Shown: positions 39,168-50,151 of the stretch, piece by piece
Layout: each line of letters starts with the position of its first letter
Numbering within the stretch: the stretch's first letter is position 1
The notes under the pieces: model-generated
What the model saw: the letters and a program-made list of their open reading frames with translations, nothing else
Database searches by the model: none
What the model was told of the DNA's origin: nothing
Assembly (NCBI GenBank): GCA_964638425.1
Contig: CAZWYM010000002.1
Span: 2,547 to 66,546, forward strand
Length of the DNA: 64,000 bases
Source: an uncultured Candidatus Saccharibacteria bacterium
GTDB taxonomy: Bacteria > Patescibacteriota > Minisyncoccia > Phycocordibacterales > UBA918
Direction: 5' to 3'
Made by a program: the position numbers and the translations under genes

Positions 39168-40616
39168 TTATTCAATCTCGCGCCACTCGATGAATTCGTA
39201 GGTATCAGAAACGGTAGGGGTGAGCGGTGGCGGGTCTGCTACAAGTTTACGGTCGTATGAATTCGTTCGTGTATTAAAACCAGACGTAAAGACTCCTCCA
39301 GAAGTCCATTTCGTCCCCTCACGACCGTTCGAAACAATAGTTCCATTCACGGTAAGCGACGTTCGGGTTACATACGGATCGAGCGCATCGGGCAACCCTT
39401 GATTTCCTCCCGTTGAACTACAGTCATTTGTACAATAGTGATTTCTACCAAATCTACCGTTTTGAGCAACAAAAATCCCATTGAGTGTCAATGTTGCAGG
39501 GACCACAAGTCCCACAAGGACATCTTGTTCAGCAATTGCAAGAAGCCCTGAAGTTGCATTTGCATAGGTGATATTATCGTTGAGGATTATTGACGGACTT
39601 ACTCCTACAGTGTCGACATCTGCTGCTGCGATAGTAACTCTCCCTCTTACGACACCTTCTAGCCATACCTTATCTTCAACAAAGATAATTGAACAACTTG
39701 TTGGTATCACGTAGTTCGCAAGAAACGTACTTGCACTGATGACATGTCGCTCCTGGACCCATCCGGCCTCAGTGGTGTACCCCCAGTATAAAGTTGTCCC
39801 AGTCACTCGATACACATCGATGGTTCCATTTGTTTTAAACACTACTCGATACCCAGATGCACCTGACGGGCCAATGTATTGACCTCCACCTGACTGAGCT
39901 TTTACCTGCATTGCAGAAAGATCAACCGTTAAACCGGTAAAATTTATAGGAGTTGAGGGGAAATTCCAGAAACTACTGTTTGGTCCGCCACCATACACAC
40001 CATCTACGGTTGCTCCGGTTGCTCCAGGTGAACATGATATTGAACCGTCACACACCCAGTTTTCTTGCCCGCTCGTTACCGTTGAAAGGTTGGTACCATC
40101 CATTCGAATGACTCCATTTGAGTGGTACGGACCAATAATGGTTCTGTCAGCGCCTGCCCATACATTTGAATTAATGATATAGGCATACTCTGAAACGGTT
40201 GGTTGTGCGTACCTCCCATACACTGTTCGGGTTATATTAGGATTGTCATAGGTATGTCCTGTTGAGGTGATATCGATTGCGTACGCACTTCCGCATGCCG
40301 TAGAACTCGCTATAGAAAGTGAGAACTCTCCAATGTCTGTCCCCTCAGGATCTGTATATACGTGCACGTATGGACCTGCAGTTGTGGTTCCATTGGTCAC
40401 ATTTCCGGGGTAGTGTGCCAAAAACCACTTATAGTAATCAAGTCCAGCTTCAGCAATGTTGAGCGCTTGCTCTTTACTATATTTTGCTTTGGTAACATGC
40501 GACTGCGTTACCACATAGCCGACAAAGGCTGCAGTCATAGTAAAAAAGATTGCACCAAAGACAAGGACAAGGACAAGAAGATACCCTGATGCTTTCTGTT
40601 GTGTCGTTGGTTCCAT
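39168..40616 (-). CDS. PilX-like minor pilin / pilus-associated protein
   Basis: GYLLVLVLV...ALNIAEAG N-terminus; in pilus gene cluster. Confidence 0.75.
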   Translation of the reverse strand: MEPTTQQKASGYLLVLVLVFGAIFFTMTAAFVGYVVTQSHVTKAKYSKEQALNIAEAGLDYYKWFLAHYPGNVTNGTTTAGPYVHVYTDPEGTDIGEFSLSIASSTACGSAYAIDITSTGHTYDNPNITRTVYGRYAQPTVSEYAYIINSNVWAGADRTIIGPYHSNGVIRMDGTNLSTVTSGQENWVCDGSISCSPGATGATVDGVYGGGPNSSFWNFPSTPINFTGLTVDLSAMQVKAQSGGGQYIGPSGASGYRVVFKTNGTIDVYRVTGTTLYWGYTTEAGWVQERHVISASTFLANYVIPTSCSIIFVEDKVWLEGVVRGRVTIAAADVDTVGVSPSIILNDNITYANATSGLLAIAEQDVLVGLVVPATLTLNGIFVAQNGRFGRNHYCTNDCSSTGGNQGLPDALDPYVTRTSLTVNGTIVSNGREGTKWTSGGVFTSGFNTRTNSYDRKLVADPPPLTPTVSDTYEFIEWREIE

Positions 40617-40617
40617 A

Positions 40618-41235
40618 CTATTCATTTTTTAAGTTTCGAAGTGACGCACTCGACCGAAGCATGTACTGCCCAGGGTCGCGAATTGGATCTATATTTACAA
40701 TAACACTTACCTGCACGTATCGGATATCAGTCACTGTTGATGTCCCAGTCGCCGGCAAACCATTTTCATCATAGTATACAAAAATAGGAATGTTCTGGAG
40801 TTGATTCTGCACATATTCAGATATAGTCGATGTTGATTCAGGTGTTGAGGTGCTGTATACCGGTGGAGAACCAGTCGCATTAAATATTTTTTTATAGAGC
40901 GTCGTACTCGCAAGTGAGTACTCTACATACTCAACGCTATTATCCCGGTCAATATCACTATAAAAGCCCACTTTATTATTTTGCATAAGGACTAATGGAA
41001 ATGTTCCGCTATCAGAAAATGTCATTTCTCGGAGGTCACGCACCATAAGCTCTGTCCCTCTTCGCGCGTGGTCAATCTGATACGACTGCGCAAGTGTGTA
41101 GGCATTGAGTCGATAAAATGTTGCAATGGTATCAAAGAGTGCAAGCATGATTATGGTAAAAAGTGCCACAATGACGAGTGACTCGACGAGTGAGAAACCT
41201 CTTTGTATATTCATTTTTTGAAAAAGTGAATTCAT
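40618..41235 (-). CDS. minor pilin (PilW-like)
   Basis: RGFSLVE prepilin cleavage motif. Confidence 0.85.
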   Translation of the reverse strand: MNSLFQKMNIQRGFSLVESLVIVALFTIIMLALFDTIATFYRLNAYTLAQSYQIDHARRGTELMVRDLREMTFSDSGTFPLVLMQNNKVGFYSDIDRDNSVEYVEYSLASTTLYKKIFNATGSPPVYSTSTPESTSTISEYVQNQLQNIPIFVYYDENGLPATGTSTVTDIRYVQVSVIVNIDPIRDPGQYMLRSSASLRNLKNE

Positions 41236-41239
41236 ATAA

Positions 41240-43000
41240 TTAAGGTTCTACGAGAGTTACGGTGAGTGACTGTGCCCCCTCGATCGCGACTCCTGATATC
41301 GTCTGTGTTGTATAGCCGGAACGACTGACAGTCACATCGTAGTCAGTCGCTGAAGAGAGCCCTGAATTGAAAAATGTCTGACCACACGTGGACGCTGTTT
41401 TTGTTTGGTCATAACCACTGCGGGTTACACGAACACTCGCCCCAGAAACAGGCGCTCCGGTAATATCAACAACACTCACTCGAACGGAGTAGGTTGTTGA
41501 AGGAACAAGTGTCACGGTAAGTGTATCGCTCACAGATGGATTAAGTGAGAACGGATTCGACGGACATGCTTCGTAAATATTGTATGCGCTCGTTCCAAGA
41601 ATAAAGGTATACCCATCCCATTCAAGATCGTTAATCTGACTTAAGCCACTTCCATCAGTAGTATTACTTGCACTATATTTATAAATTGACTCAAGGGCGA
41701 GTGTTGTACCGATTGTCTTAGTTCCCTGCAAAGCAAACGGCACACTCCCAATGCTTGGCTCTGTGATGATGTAGTTAATTCTCCAATCATCAAGTTGTGG
41801 TGAGTTATTTGGATTAGTAGAAGTAAGATTGCCCCGCAAACCGAGTGACGGATACGTTCCAACACTTAATCCAGAGATATCAATAAACGCAGAAGTGAAG
41901 CCTGCGCTATTCCCCGGCAAATCACTATCCGGTACTAAAGTACAAGTGCTTGTTCCTGTAATACTGCACACTTGAACGCTCACTGAAGTACTTGCAAGTA
42001 TAAGCTGTGTCCAGGTAACGGTATCCCAAGACGTAATGACGCTCGGTGTTGTTGAAACGGACTGAACGCTCCCCGCGGGTACATACGAACCAGACCCTCC
42101 GGCAAGAATTGCTTCGTTTGAAAAGAGGACCATGTCTGAAATACTTGCAACCTTATTCGAATTTTGGAATAAGTCTTCAAAGTATCCATCAGTAGAGGGG
42201 CCGATGGTACGAACAAGGAGGTCACTCAATTCATCAATCTGAAAATTCATTGTGGACACGGCCCCTTCAAGTACTGCAACATGAGATGTGGTTGGGTTCG
42301 GGTTACTCGTTGTCGCTGAATACGTCTGGTCAGTTGAGTACCCTGCTTTCGTAACAGTGATTTGATAATTTGCAGCTGCTGGCGCTCCCGAAAACATAAC
42401 GACTCCATCAACATTAGTAAACCGTGAAGTATTAATCGTTGTTGTCGTGGTGTCGTTATAGATATGAACCTCGGCACCAGAAACTGCTTGCACGCTTGCA
42501 TCAAACACATTCACGGTTAATGTTCCCCCTCCTGCAGTTGATTCGACTCCTGTTGGGACAATATTTGATAGGAGGAAAATAGTACTCGTACCGTTTGGTG
42601 TTGGCCATGAATATTCAATCTTCACCTGCTTGTAGTCGGCAACAATTCCATTTGCATCTGACCCTCCAAGACCATCGTCAGGTGAATCAATGTACTGGAT
42701 GAGGACGCGTTCATGAAAGATTACTCCATTAAGTGACGTTGTCGCATTTTGTGGGATAGCCCCGTTAGGAATACCCCCATCTGTTCCTATGGCATCGTAT
42801 GAAAGTGAGCGGATGTATTCGAGTCGCTCATTGGCAAGTGTCACTGCGCTTGTTGATTGTTTCGATGAACTGATGAGTTTTAGTGCGAACTGGACTGAGG
42901 TGAGTAACCCACCAAATACGAGCGCAACGAGCGCTGCGGTTACTACTAATTCGATGAGTGAAAATCCTCCCGTACGTTTTTTGGGATTTCCATACACCAT
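41240..43000 (-). CDS. large minor pilin with carboxypeptidase-regulatory-like domains
   Basis: GGFSLIE motif; two VSGA.V...Y.ITV...GY repeats. Confidence 0.8.
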   Translation of the reverse strand: MVYGNPKKRTGGFSLIELVVTAALVALVFGGLLTSVQFALKLISSSKQSTSAVTLANERLEYIRSLSYDAIGTDGGIPNGAIPQNATTSLNGVIFHERVLIQYIDSPDDGLGGSDANGIVADYKQVKIEYSWPTPNGTSTIFLLSNIVPTGVESTAGGGTLTVNVFDASVQAVSGAEVHIYNDTTTTTINTSRFTNVDGVVMFSGAPAAANYQITVTKAGYSTDQTYSATTSNPNPTTSHVAVLEGAVSTMNFQIDELSDLLVRTIGPSTDGYFEDLFQNSNKVASISDMVLFSNEAILAGGSGSYVPAGSVQSVSTTPSVITSWDTVTWTQLILASTSVSVQVCSITGTSTCTLVPDSDLPGNSAGFTSAFIDISGLSVGTYPSLGLRGNLTSTNPNNSPQLDDWRINYIITEPSIGSVPFALQGTKTIGTTLALESIYKYSASNTTDGSGLSQINDLEWDGYTFILGTSAYNIYEACPSNPFSLNPSVSDTLTVTLVPSTTYSVRVSVVDITGAPVSGASVRVTRSGYDQTKTASTCGQTFFNSGLSSATDYDVTVSRSGYTTQTISGVAIEGAQSLTVTLVEP

Positions 43001-43002
43001 AA

Positions 43003-44229
43003 CTAGATACTATCCGATATCGAATAAATAGGAGCTATCATCGCAAGTGCGAAGAATCCCACTCCCGCACCGATGAGCACCATGAGGATAGGTTCAATAA
43101 TCGTCGACAGGTCTTTTGTCTTCTGGTCAATTTCACTCTCATAGAACTGGGCCATCTCTTCGAGCATATGAGAAATTTGCCCTGTTTCTTCCCCTACCGC
43201 AATCATTTCACCCACGAGTACTGGATAAAAATTCGTCCGTTCGATGAAGATTTCTGAAAGCGGTGTTCCTTTTTCAACACGCACGGCTGCCTCACCCAAA
43301 ATATCTTTGTAATATACGTTCTGTATAACGTCTTGTGTGATTTTAATAGAACTAATCACATCAACTCCAGCTTTCAAAAGTGATGAGAGTGAGCGTGCTG
43401 TACGGGCTGCATTTACCTCGCGCACGATAGTTCCAATGACAGGGATGCGCGTAATAGTAAAGTGCGACACTCGCTTCCCAATTTTTGTTCGAAGGATGGC
43501 AGCAATACCTGTTACCGAAATAAAAATTCCAAGAAGAACGAGGATGGAATGTTCACTCATGAAGGTGCTTGTCCAAATGAGAATTTTTGTCGTCATCGGA
43601 AGCTCAATATTCATTTTCGTAAAGGTTCCTGTAATGGAAGGTACGACATAAATCATCATAAGGACGGCAATAATCATCATCACTCCAATAACGATAGATG
43701 GATAAATCATTGCACCCTTAATTTTCTTTTTAAGGGTTGAGTTCCGTTCCATCTGAATACTGAGTGTCTCAAGCGCGCTCGATAGTTGTCCTCCTTCCTC
43801 CCCTGCACGCACCATTGCTACATACAAATCGGAAAAAACTTTCGGGAATGCTGCGAGTGCTTCATTGAAAGGCTTTCCTTTATTAATATCTTCACGCACT
43901 CCTTGCATGATTTCCTTAAGCTTCGGATTTTTTGACTGTCGCTCAATAACCGAGAGTGCTCGTGTGAGCGGGAGGCCTGCCTTCATCATCGATGAAAGGT
44001 TGCGGGTAAAGGTAACAAGCTCATCAGACTTTACCCGACCGAGCATAGAATTAAGCTTCTCAAGTTTAATGAGATTGCTTATCGAAAAACTTTTTGCGTC
44101 GGTAACACTCGAAACGGTATGTCCATTCTTTCGGGCAATCTCGTACACCGCATAGCGATCTACAGCCTCAACGGTTTCAGTAACCTTGACGCCATCTTTG
44201 TTTAATCCTGTGTATGTAAAATTTGCCAT
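43003..44229 (-). CDS. pilC: type IV pilus platform protein (PilC/GspF)
   Basis: AGEEGG, AMIYP, VGEETG, IEPI. Confidence 0.92.
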   Translation of the reverse strand: MANFTYTGLNKDGVKVTETVEAVDRYAVYEIARKNGHTVSSVTDAKSFSISNLIKLEKLNSMLGRVKSDELVTFTRNLSSMMKAGLPLTRALSVIERQSKNPKLKEIMQGVREDINKGKPFNEALAAFPKVFSDLYVAMVRAGEEGGQLSSALETLSIQMERNSTLKKKIKGAMIYPSIVIGVMMIIAVLMMIYVVPSITGTFTKMNIELPMTTKILIWTSTFMSEHSILVLLGIFISVTGIAAILRTKIGKRVSHFTITRIPVIGTIVREVNAARTARSLSSLLKAGVDVISSIKITQDVIQNVYYKDILGEAAVRVEKGTPLSEIFIERTNFYPVLVGEMIAVGEETGQISHMLEEMAQFYESEIDQKTKDLSTIIEPILMVLIGAGVGFFALAMIAPIYSISDSI

Positions 44230-44249
44230 ATGGTTTTGACGCGCCTTCT

Positions 44250-46001
44250 CTATTCTGAAATGACGCGGAGTACTTCTTCAATACTTGTCTGCCCCAAAGC
44301 AGCCTTATAAATACCATCCTCTGCCATGGTGAGCATGCCCTCTTTCCGTGCCTGCGCCTCAATCGCATCGGCGGTGCCTGATGCGAGAATTATTTCCTTA
44401 ATGGTTGGTGACACGTGGAGCACCTCATGAATACCAATTCGTCCCTTGTAGCCGTCATCTGCATCCGCACCTGATTTTGGGCGATAGAATGGAATGCTAT
44501 TCCATGTCGCATTGCTCTTTACAATATTTTCTTTTTTGAGGTCCTCCAAAATACGCTCGAGGTCAAGGTGTTTTGCGAGGTCATCTCGCTCGTTTTGTGA
44601 AAGTGTATACGCTTCTTTGTCTTCAGTAATCCTGCGGACGAGTCGCTGCCCCACCGCAACCCGAAGTGTCGACACGAGAAGGAATTTTTCAACTCCCATA
44701 TCGAGGAGACGCGCAACCGTTGCTGATGAAGAATTCGTGTGCACCGTCGCGAGTACGTTATGTCCAGTGAGCGCAGCATTGATTGCAAGACTTGCTGTTT
44801 CTTGGTCTCGAATTTCTCCAACCATAATGATGTCTGGGTCTTGGCGCATGAGTGAGCGCAAACCGTTTGCAAAAGAGAACCCAATTTCAGGGCGCACTTG
44901 TGTTTGGTTCACTCGAGGCATCTGATATTCAATCGGGTCTTCGATGGTAGAAATATTTACCTCTGGGGTATTCAAAATATCGAGTACCGTGTAGAGCGTC
45001 GTTGTCTTTCCTGATCCTGTTGGTCCGGTCACTAAAATAATTCCGGTTGTCTGCTTTGTAGCTGCATGAATACGCTCGAGTGCTTGTCCGTGGAAACCAA
45101 GCCCTTCGAGAGTAAATCCCGAGCGCCCTTCACGAAGGAGGCGCATTACAATCTTTTCTCCAAAGAAAATCGGAAGTACTGAAACACGGAAAGAAACTTT
45201 CTGACCATCCATATCCATTTTGAAGCGCCCGTCTTGTGGGAGGCGCTTTTCATCAAGCTTTAGATTTGAGAGAACCTTGATACGCGCAGAAATAGTTGAT
45301 GCAGCATGTTTTGGAAGTGACATTGCATCATGGAGAATACCGTCTATGCGATAGCGAACGAGAAGCTCATTCTCCATTGGCTCAATGTGGATATCGGAAG
45401 CACCTTGAATAATTGCGTGGCGAAGGAGTGTATCAACAATACGTACAACAGGGAGATCTTCAGCCATCTTCTTAAGGTCCTCCTCTGAAGCTTCGTCCCC
45501 ATTTCCCTCTTCGATAATCTTGAGTGCTGATGATTCTTTAACAATCAAATCTCCAAACTCATCTTTAAGTGTTTTTTGGTATTGAAGAAGTGAACTCTTC
45601 ATCGATTCAGAATCAGTGAGTCGTGGGAGAATCTTTAATCCAACCTTCTTTTTAATGAAGTCAATCGCTGGAAGGTCTGCAGTATCGAGCATTGCAACCT
45701 CAAGCGCTCCGTCTGATTTTTTAAAAGCAATAATGTTGTGTGTGCGGGCGACTGGCTCAGGGATGAGAGAGAGAATATCAAATGGAATTTTGATATCTTT
45801 GAGTGAGAGAAATGGAACACCGAGCACGTATGATTCAACTCTTCGCAAATCATCTTCAGAAATAACTCCACTCGAAATGAGCGCCTCTGCAAGCGAGCGT
45901 TTCTCTTCCACCGCAACTATTTCGGCAGCATCAATATCCTTTCTAGATACGAGTCCAGAATCAATAACAAATCGTTTGAGTTGTGTATCTTGTATACGCA
46001 C
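44250..46001 (-). CDS. pilB: type IV pilus assembly ATPase (PilB/GspE)
   Basis: ASDIHIEP, RLPQDGR, GPTGSGKTTT, RQDPDIIMVGEIRD. Confidence 0.95.
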   Translation of the reverse strand: MRIQDTQLKRFVIDSGLVSRKDIDAAEIVAVEEKRSLAEALISSGVISEDDLRRVESYVLGVPFLSLKDIKIPFDILSLIPEPVARTHNIIAFKKSDGALEVAMLDTADLPAIDFIKKKVGLKILPRLTDSESMKSSLLQYQKTLKDEFGDLIVKESSALKIIEEGNGDEASEEDLKKMAEDLPVVRIVDTLLRHAIIQGASDIHIEPMENELLVRYRIDGILHDAMSLPKHAASTISARIKVLSNLKLDEKRLPQDGRFKMDMDGQKVSFRVSVLPIFFGEKIVMRLLREGRSGFTLEGLGFHGQALERIHAATKQTTGIILVTGPTGSGKTTTLYTVLDILNTPEVNISTIEDPIEYQMPRVNQTQVRPEIGFSFANGLRSLMRQDPDIIMVGEIRDQETASLAINAALTGHNVLATVHTNSSSATVARLLDMGVEKFLLVSTLRVAVGQRLVRRITEDKEAYTLSQNERDDLAKHLDLERILEDLKKENIVKSNATWNSIPFYRPKSGADADDGYKGRIGIHEVLHVSPTIKEIILASGTADAIEAQARKEGMLTMAEDGIYKAALGQTSIEEVLRVISE

Positions 46002-46228
46002 AATAAAATCTCTTTCTGGAGCAATGTAGGCTGTGCGTCGTCTTCCGTAATGTCAAAATGCAACAACTCTCACTTCGAAAAATGCAATTTCATTTTCCTC
46101 TCTCCAAAATGTATACACACAGTATATCATCCACACTCTCGCAATAATATATCGAGATGTTTAGAATAAAATTTTTATAACTCCACAAAAAAAATAAAAC
46201 CCGCAATGCATTGCATTGTGGGTTTTAG

Positions 46229-46768
46229 TTAAGCGCGATCTTTATAAAAAATTTGTCCTTGTGTCAGTGTTTGCACACTCACCGTTGGTACAAGCTTTTT
46301 AAAGTAGGCATTTGGTTTGATCGTTTTTGCGTGGTACGAATGTGCGCCAAATGTCGGATCGTCCCAGACTCCCTTTTTATACTCAAGGAGATACTGATAC
46401 GCCTCCCCATAGATCTCACGGTAGAGCTTTCTATCTTTCGGCTCATTCGGGAGATTATCATCTACCCAGGAAAATAAGTATTTGCCTGAAGACTTACTTT
46501 GCTGATAGACAATAGCTTCTATGGTTTTGGGAAACCTCCTATCTTCAAGCCGATTGAAGACTACTGCTGTTACTGTACGCCAGCCATACTCTTTCTTATC
46601 ATTTGAATTAGCTGGTGGACGAAGCCCCCGAGCTTCATGGTAAATATTGAGGGACAGAACCTCCACATCATTAGGATTTATTTCTACTTCTTCAGTTTTA
46701 CTATAAAAAAACTTAAAAAGTGCTAAAATCACTATGATTAAAGCTATTCTTGTCTTAAAAGACTTCAT
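46229..46768 (-). CDS. SleB-like cell wall hydrolase (Hydrolase_2)
   Basis: LSLNIYHEARG, VVFNR...FPKTI..IVYQ...FSW, DPTFGA; N-terminal anchor. Confidence 0.85.
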   Translation of the reverse strand: MKSFKTRIALIIVILALFKFFYSKTEEVEINPNDVEVLSLNIYHEARGLRPPANSNDKKEYGWRTVTAVVFNRLEDRRFPKTIEAIVYQQSKSSGKYLFSWVDDNLPNEPKDRKLYREIYGEAYQYLLEYKKGVWDDPTFGAHSYHAKTIKPNAYFKKLVPTVSVQTLTQGQIFYKDRA

Positions 46769-47187
46769 TTTTCACCTCTCAAAGAACAATAATGTCAATA
46801 TTATATCATTATTCCTAGTACTGTCAATTATATTACTTATTATACGTTGTATTTGCTCAAAATTGGGCGAAAAAGTACGCATTCTGCTCAATTTCTGGGT
46901 GTTTTGACATTTCCCAAAATCTACATATACTATAATATATGACTGAACGTCGGCTTTACCAGCCGGCATTTTTTAATTCAAAAAAGGCAACACGCCCTAT
47001 TTTGATTGAAACAGCATATATATTAGTAGCCATAATTGAGGAATACCTCAAAATATTGGCGAGCCGTGGATTTAGGTGCAGTTCAAGACGAAACAAGATT
47101 TTTGTACGAGCCTTACTCATTGTAAGGTGAGAAAGAAATCGAAGTTTCACCGCAGAAATGCGCTAAACGCACGACTCGCCCCTGATT

Positions 47188-48402
47188 ATGTTTGATTTAA
47201 AAGTTATACACTCCGTCCTAGACCAAATGGAAGATGAGCGAGGCATCAGCCGAGCGAAAATGATTGATGCAATTGAGCAAGCGCTTGCAACTGCATACAA
47301 AAAGGAATTCGGAAAACGAGGGCAAATTATTCGTGCCCACTTCGACCTTACTTCAGGTGACACTGTTTTTAACCAGATTAAGATTGTCGCTGATGATACA
47401 ACGGTCCGTGTTGAGGATCAGGTTGATCATGAACTTGAAGGTGACGAACGTCACGGAAGTGAAGCGCACGAAACTCCAACACTTGATGGTGACCTACGGG
47501 TTCGTTTTGATCCTGAGAAGCACATCCTTATCGAAACTGCTCGACTCATCAAGAAAGACGTTATGGTTGGTGATGAACTCGTGTTCCCTCTTGAACAGAA
47601 AGATGATTTTGGACGTATCGCAGCACAAACTGCAAAGCAAGTAATCATCCAAAAGATTCGAGAGGCAGAGAAAGAATCTGCGCTCAAAGAATTTGGACAG
47701 AAAGAAGGCGACATTATTATTGGTCACGTACAACGGTTTGAGCGAGGAAATCTCTACATCGACCTTGGTCGAGTTACAGGAGTAATGCCATACGACGAGC
47801 AAATCCCTGGAGAGCGTTTCCGACCAGGAGAGCGTGTTCGTGCACTTCTTGTCGCTGTAGAAGAAACGCCACGAGGAATTTTCCTTAAGCTTTCTCGTTC
47901 ACATCCTGACTTCCTTGCTAAACTCTTTGCAATCGAAGCGCCTGAACTTCAAAACGGTTCGGTTGAAATTAAAGCAATCGCTCGAGAAGCTGGTTCACGT
48001 TCAAAGGTTGCTGTCTTTGCACACGACTCACATATTGACCCAGTCGGTTCAATGGTGGGTCAACGCGGAGTACGCGTATCGACAGTAATGAGTGAACTCG
48101 GTGGAGAGAAAATTGATATTATCGAGTGGTCAGAAAGTCCACGTGACTTTATTGAGGATTCACTATCACCTGCACAAGTAATCGAAGTAAAGATTGTAAG
48201 TGAAGCTGGTGCAAAGACTGAGGATAACCGAGGTCATGCACTCGTCACGGTGGCAGCTGATCAGCAGTCACTCGCAATCGGACGAGGCGGACAGAATGTT
48301 CGTCTTGCAGCGAAGCTTACCGGTTGGAAAATTGACATTGTTTCAAGTGGCGAAGCAACACCAGCTGATGAAGCCGGGGCATCTTCGAAGGACGGAGAAT
48401 AA
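47188..48402 (+). CDS. nusA: transcription termination factor NusA
   Basis: FGRIAAQTAKQ, AREAGSRSK, LAIGRGGQNVRLAAKLTG. Confidence 0.98.
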   Translation: MFDLKVIHSVLDQMEDERGISRAKMIDAIEQALATAYKKEFGKRGQIIRAHFDLTSGDTVFNQIKIVADDTTVRVEDQVDHELEGDERHGSEAHETPTLDGDLRVRFDPEKHILIETARLIKKDVMVGDELVFPLEQKDDFGRIAAQTAKQVIIQKIREAEKESALKEFGQKEGDIIIGHVQRFERGNLYIDLGRVTGVMPYDEQIPGERFRPGERVRALLVAVEETPRGIFLKLSRSHPDFLAKLFAIEAPELQNGSVEIKAIAREAGSRSKVAVFAHDSHIDPVGSMVGQRGVRVSTVMSELGGEKIDIIEWSESPRDFIEDSLSPAQVIEVKIVSEAGAKTEDNRGHALVTVAADQQSLAIGRGGQNVRLAAKLTGWKIDIVSSGEATPADEAGASSKDGE

Positions 48403-48438
48403 TGCACGAGAACGATATTAGAAATATATAGATACACT

Positions 48439-48960
48439 ATGAATCTACTACACGATATCAAACCAGGTACACAAGAAGAAATGAACGTTATTGTTGAAAT
48501 CCCAAAGTTTTCTAAGAATAAGTACGAGATTGATAAAGAAACGGGGATTATCGCACTTGATCGTGTCATGCATACAGCACAAGACTACCCATTCGATTAT
48601 GGCTTTGTCCCGCAAACACTCTTCGATGATGGGGATGCGCTCGATGTGGTTCTCCTCACGACATACCCGCTTATGCCAGGAATTCTTGTTAAGGCACGTC
48701 CTGTTGCCATTATGGAGATGATTGATGGTGGAGACCGTGACGACAAGATTGTTGCTGTCCCAGTAAATGATCCACGATTTGCTGAAGTGCAAGACCTTGC
48801 TGACCTCAACAAGCACTTCATAAAGGAAATGGCTCACTTCTTTGAGACATACAAAAAAATTCAGAATAAAGAAGTTTCAGTTGGCGAATGGCACGGGAAA
48901 GATGCTGCAATGGCTGCATTCAAGAAAAGTGTCCAGATGTACACTGATAGCGCAAAATAA
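48439..48960 (+). CDS. ppa: inorganic pyrophosphatase
   Basis: YGFVPQT...DGDALDV...DDK...HFFETYK. Confidence 0.96.
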   Translation: MNLLHDIKPGTQEEMNVIVEIPKFSKNKYEIDKETGIIALDRVMHTAQDYPFDYGFVPQTLFDDGDALDVVLLTTYPLMPGILVKARPVAIMEMIDGGDRDDKIVAVPVNDPRFAEVQDLADLNKHFIKEMAHFFETYKKIQNKEVSVGEWHGKDAAMAAFKKSVQMYTDSAK

Positions 48961-49060
48961 ACAAACCTCACTACACCTTGTGCAAAAACACCCGAGTCGA
49001 AACGACTCGGGTGTTTTATACTAAAGGAGAAGCGAACATACACCGTTCTCCTTTTCAACA

Positions 49061-49684
49061 ATGCTCATTATGAAATTTTTACAATCACAACCTTTACATC
49101 TAACGTTTATTTTTATCGGGCTCTTTTTTGTTTACAGTACGGTGCTTGCACAAGATGCAACAACAAGCGAAGAGGCGATGCCTGCCGAAAACCGCACAGA
49201 GCGAATTGAAGAACGTACTGCTCTGAGAAACGAACGACGCACTACACTTCGTATTGAGCTACAAGAAAGAATCATTAACCTCACAAGTAATGTCACCGCT
49301 CGTCTTACTGCAGGAATACATCGAATGACCAATATCAGTGACCGTCTTAATAGTCGAATTGGTAAGATGAAATCAGCAGGAATAGATACAAGCGCTGCAG
49401 AAGCAAAACTTATTGAAGCAAACAATGCTCTCATTGGTGCACAGAATGCACTTCACGATATTGAACCCATTCGAAATGCGTTAACAAGCGATACGCCCAA
49501 AGAACGGTACCTAAAAATTCGAAGTGAGTTTCTTATTGTTCGTGAATATCTTATTCAGACAAGAACCCATCTCCAAGAGACGGTCACATTGCTTAAGGGG
49601 GCACAAGGTGGCTTTAGTCAGACAAGCACCACCAACGGAGTAGCAACGACTACAGCAACAACAAGTAACGCGAGCAACGAATAA
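49061..49684 (+). CDS. secreted coiled-coil hypothetical protein
   Basis: Signal peptide, helical body. Confidence 0.75.
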   Translation: MLIMKFLQSQPLHLTFIFIGLFFVYSTVLAQDATTSEEAMPAENRTERIEERTALRNERRTTLRIELQERIINLTSNVTARLTAGIHRMTNISDRLNSRIGKMKSAGIDTSAAEAKLIEANNALIGAQNALHDIEPIRNALTSDTPKERYLKIRSEFLIVREYLIQTRTHLQETVTLLKGAQGGFSQTSTTNGVATTTATTSNASNE

Positions 49685-49696
49685 CAAAAATAATTT

Positions 49697-50062
49697 ATGA
49701 ATGAAATGCAACAAAATGGAGAAGAAAAACCTCAATCACTTCTTATTCCTGCATCTCCGCACCACTTTCCCATCGGCCCCATCCTTGGTGTGCTTCTCAT
49801 TATGGTTGTTCTCTCTATAAGTGGGCTTTATATTTGGGGAAGTATGCTCAGCAAGGAGGCGCCACAGACAACCGAACCTCCGATTGTAAACCACGAACCA
49901 GAGACACCGCGAGCTATTGTTGATACACAAATACTCGAAACCTTAAGTCCCTCTGACGACCTTAATGCTATTGAAGCGGATATTTCGAGCACCAATTTAG
50001 ATTCACTCGATACCGACATCACTGCAATCGATACTGAGTTAAACGCTGCGCTCCCCGAATAG
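49697..50062 (+). CDS. single-pass membrane hypothetical protein
   Basis: One transmembrane helix, acidic tail. Confidence 0.7.
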   Translation: MNEMQQNGEEKPQSLLIPASPHHFPIGPILGVLLIMVVLSISGLYIWGSMLSKEAPQTTEPPIVNHEPETPRAIVDTQILETLSPSDDLNAIEADISSTNLDSLDTDITAIDTELNAALPE

Positions 50063-50151
50063 TCTAACCACACCACCCTTCCCTTGATTGCTATACGCAT
50101 CAAGGGATTTTTGTTGCAAATATAACTATCCCATGTACACTAGTCACCGTT

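Noticed and set aside
46105-46190. DnaA-box-like 9-mers upstream of pilB (and near 55130)
   Set aside because: They are degenerate and unphased, with no supporting parS.
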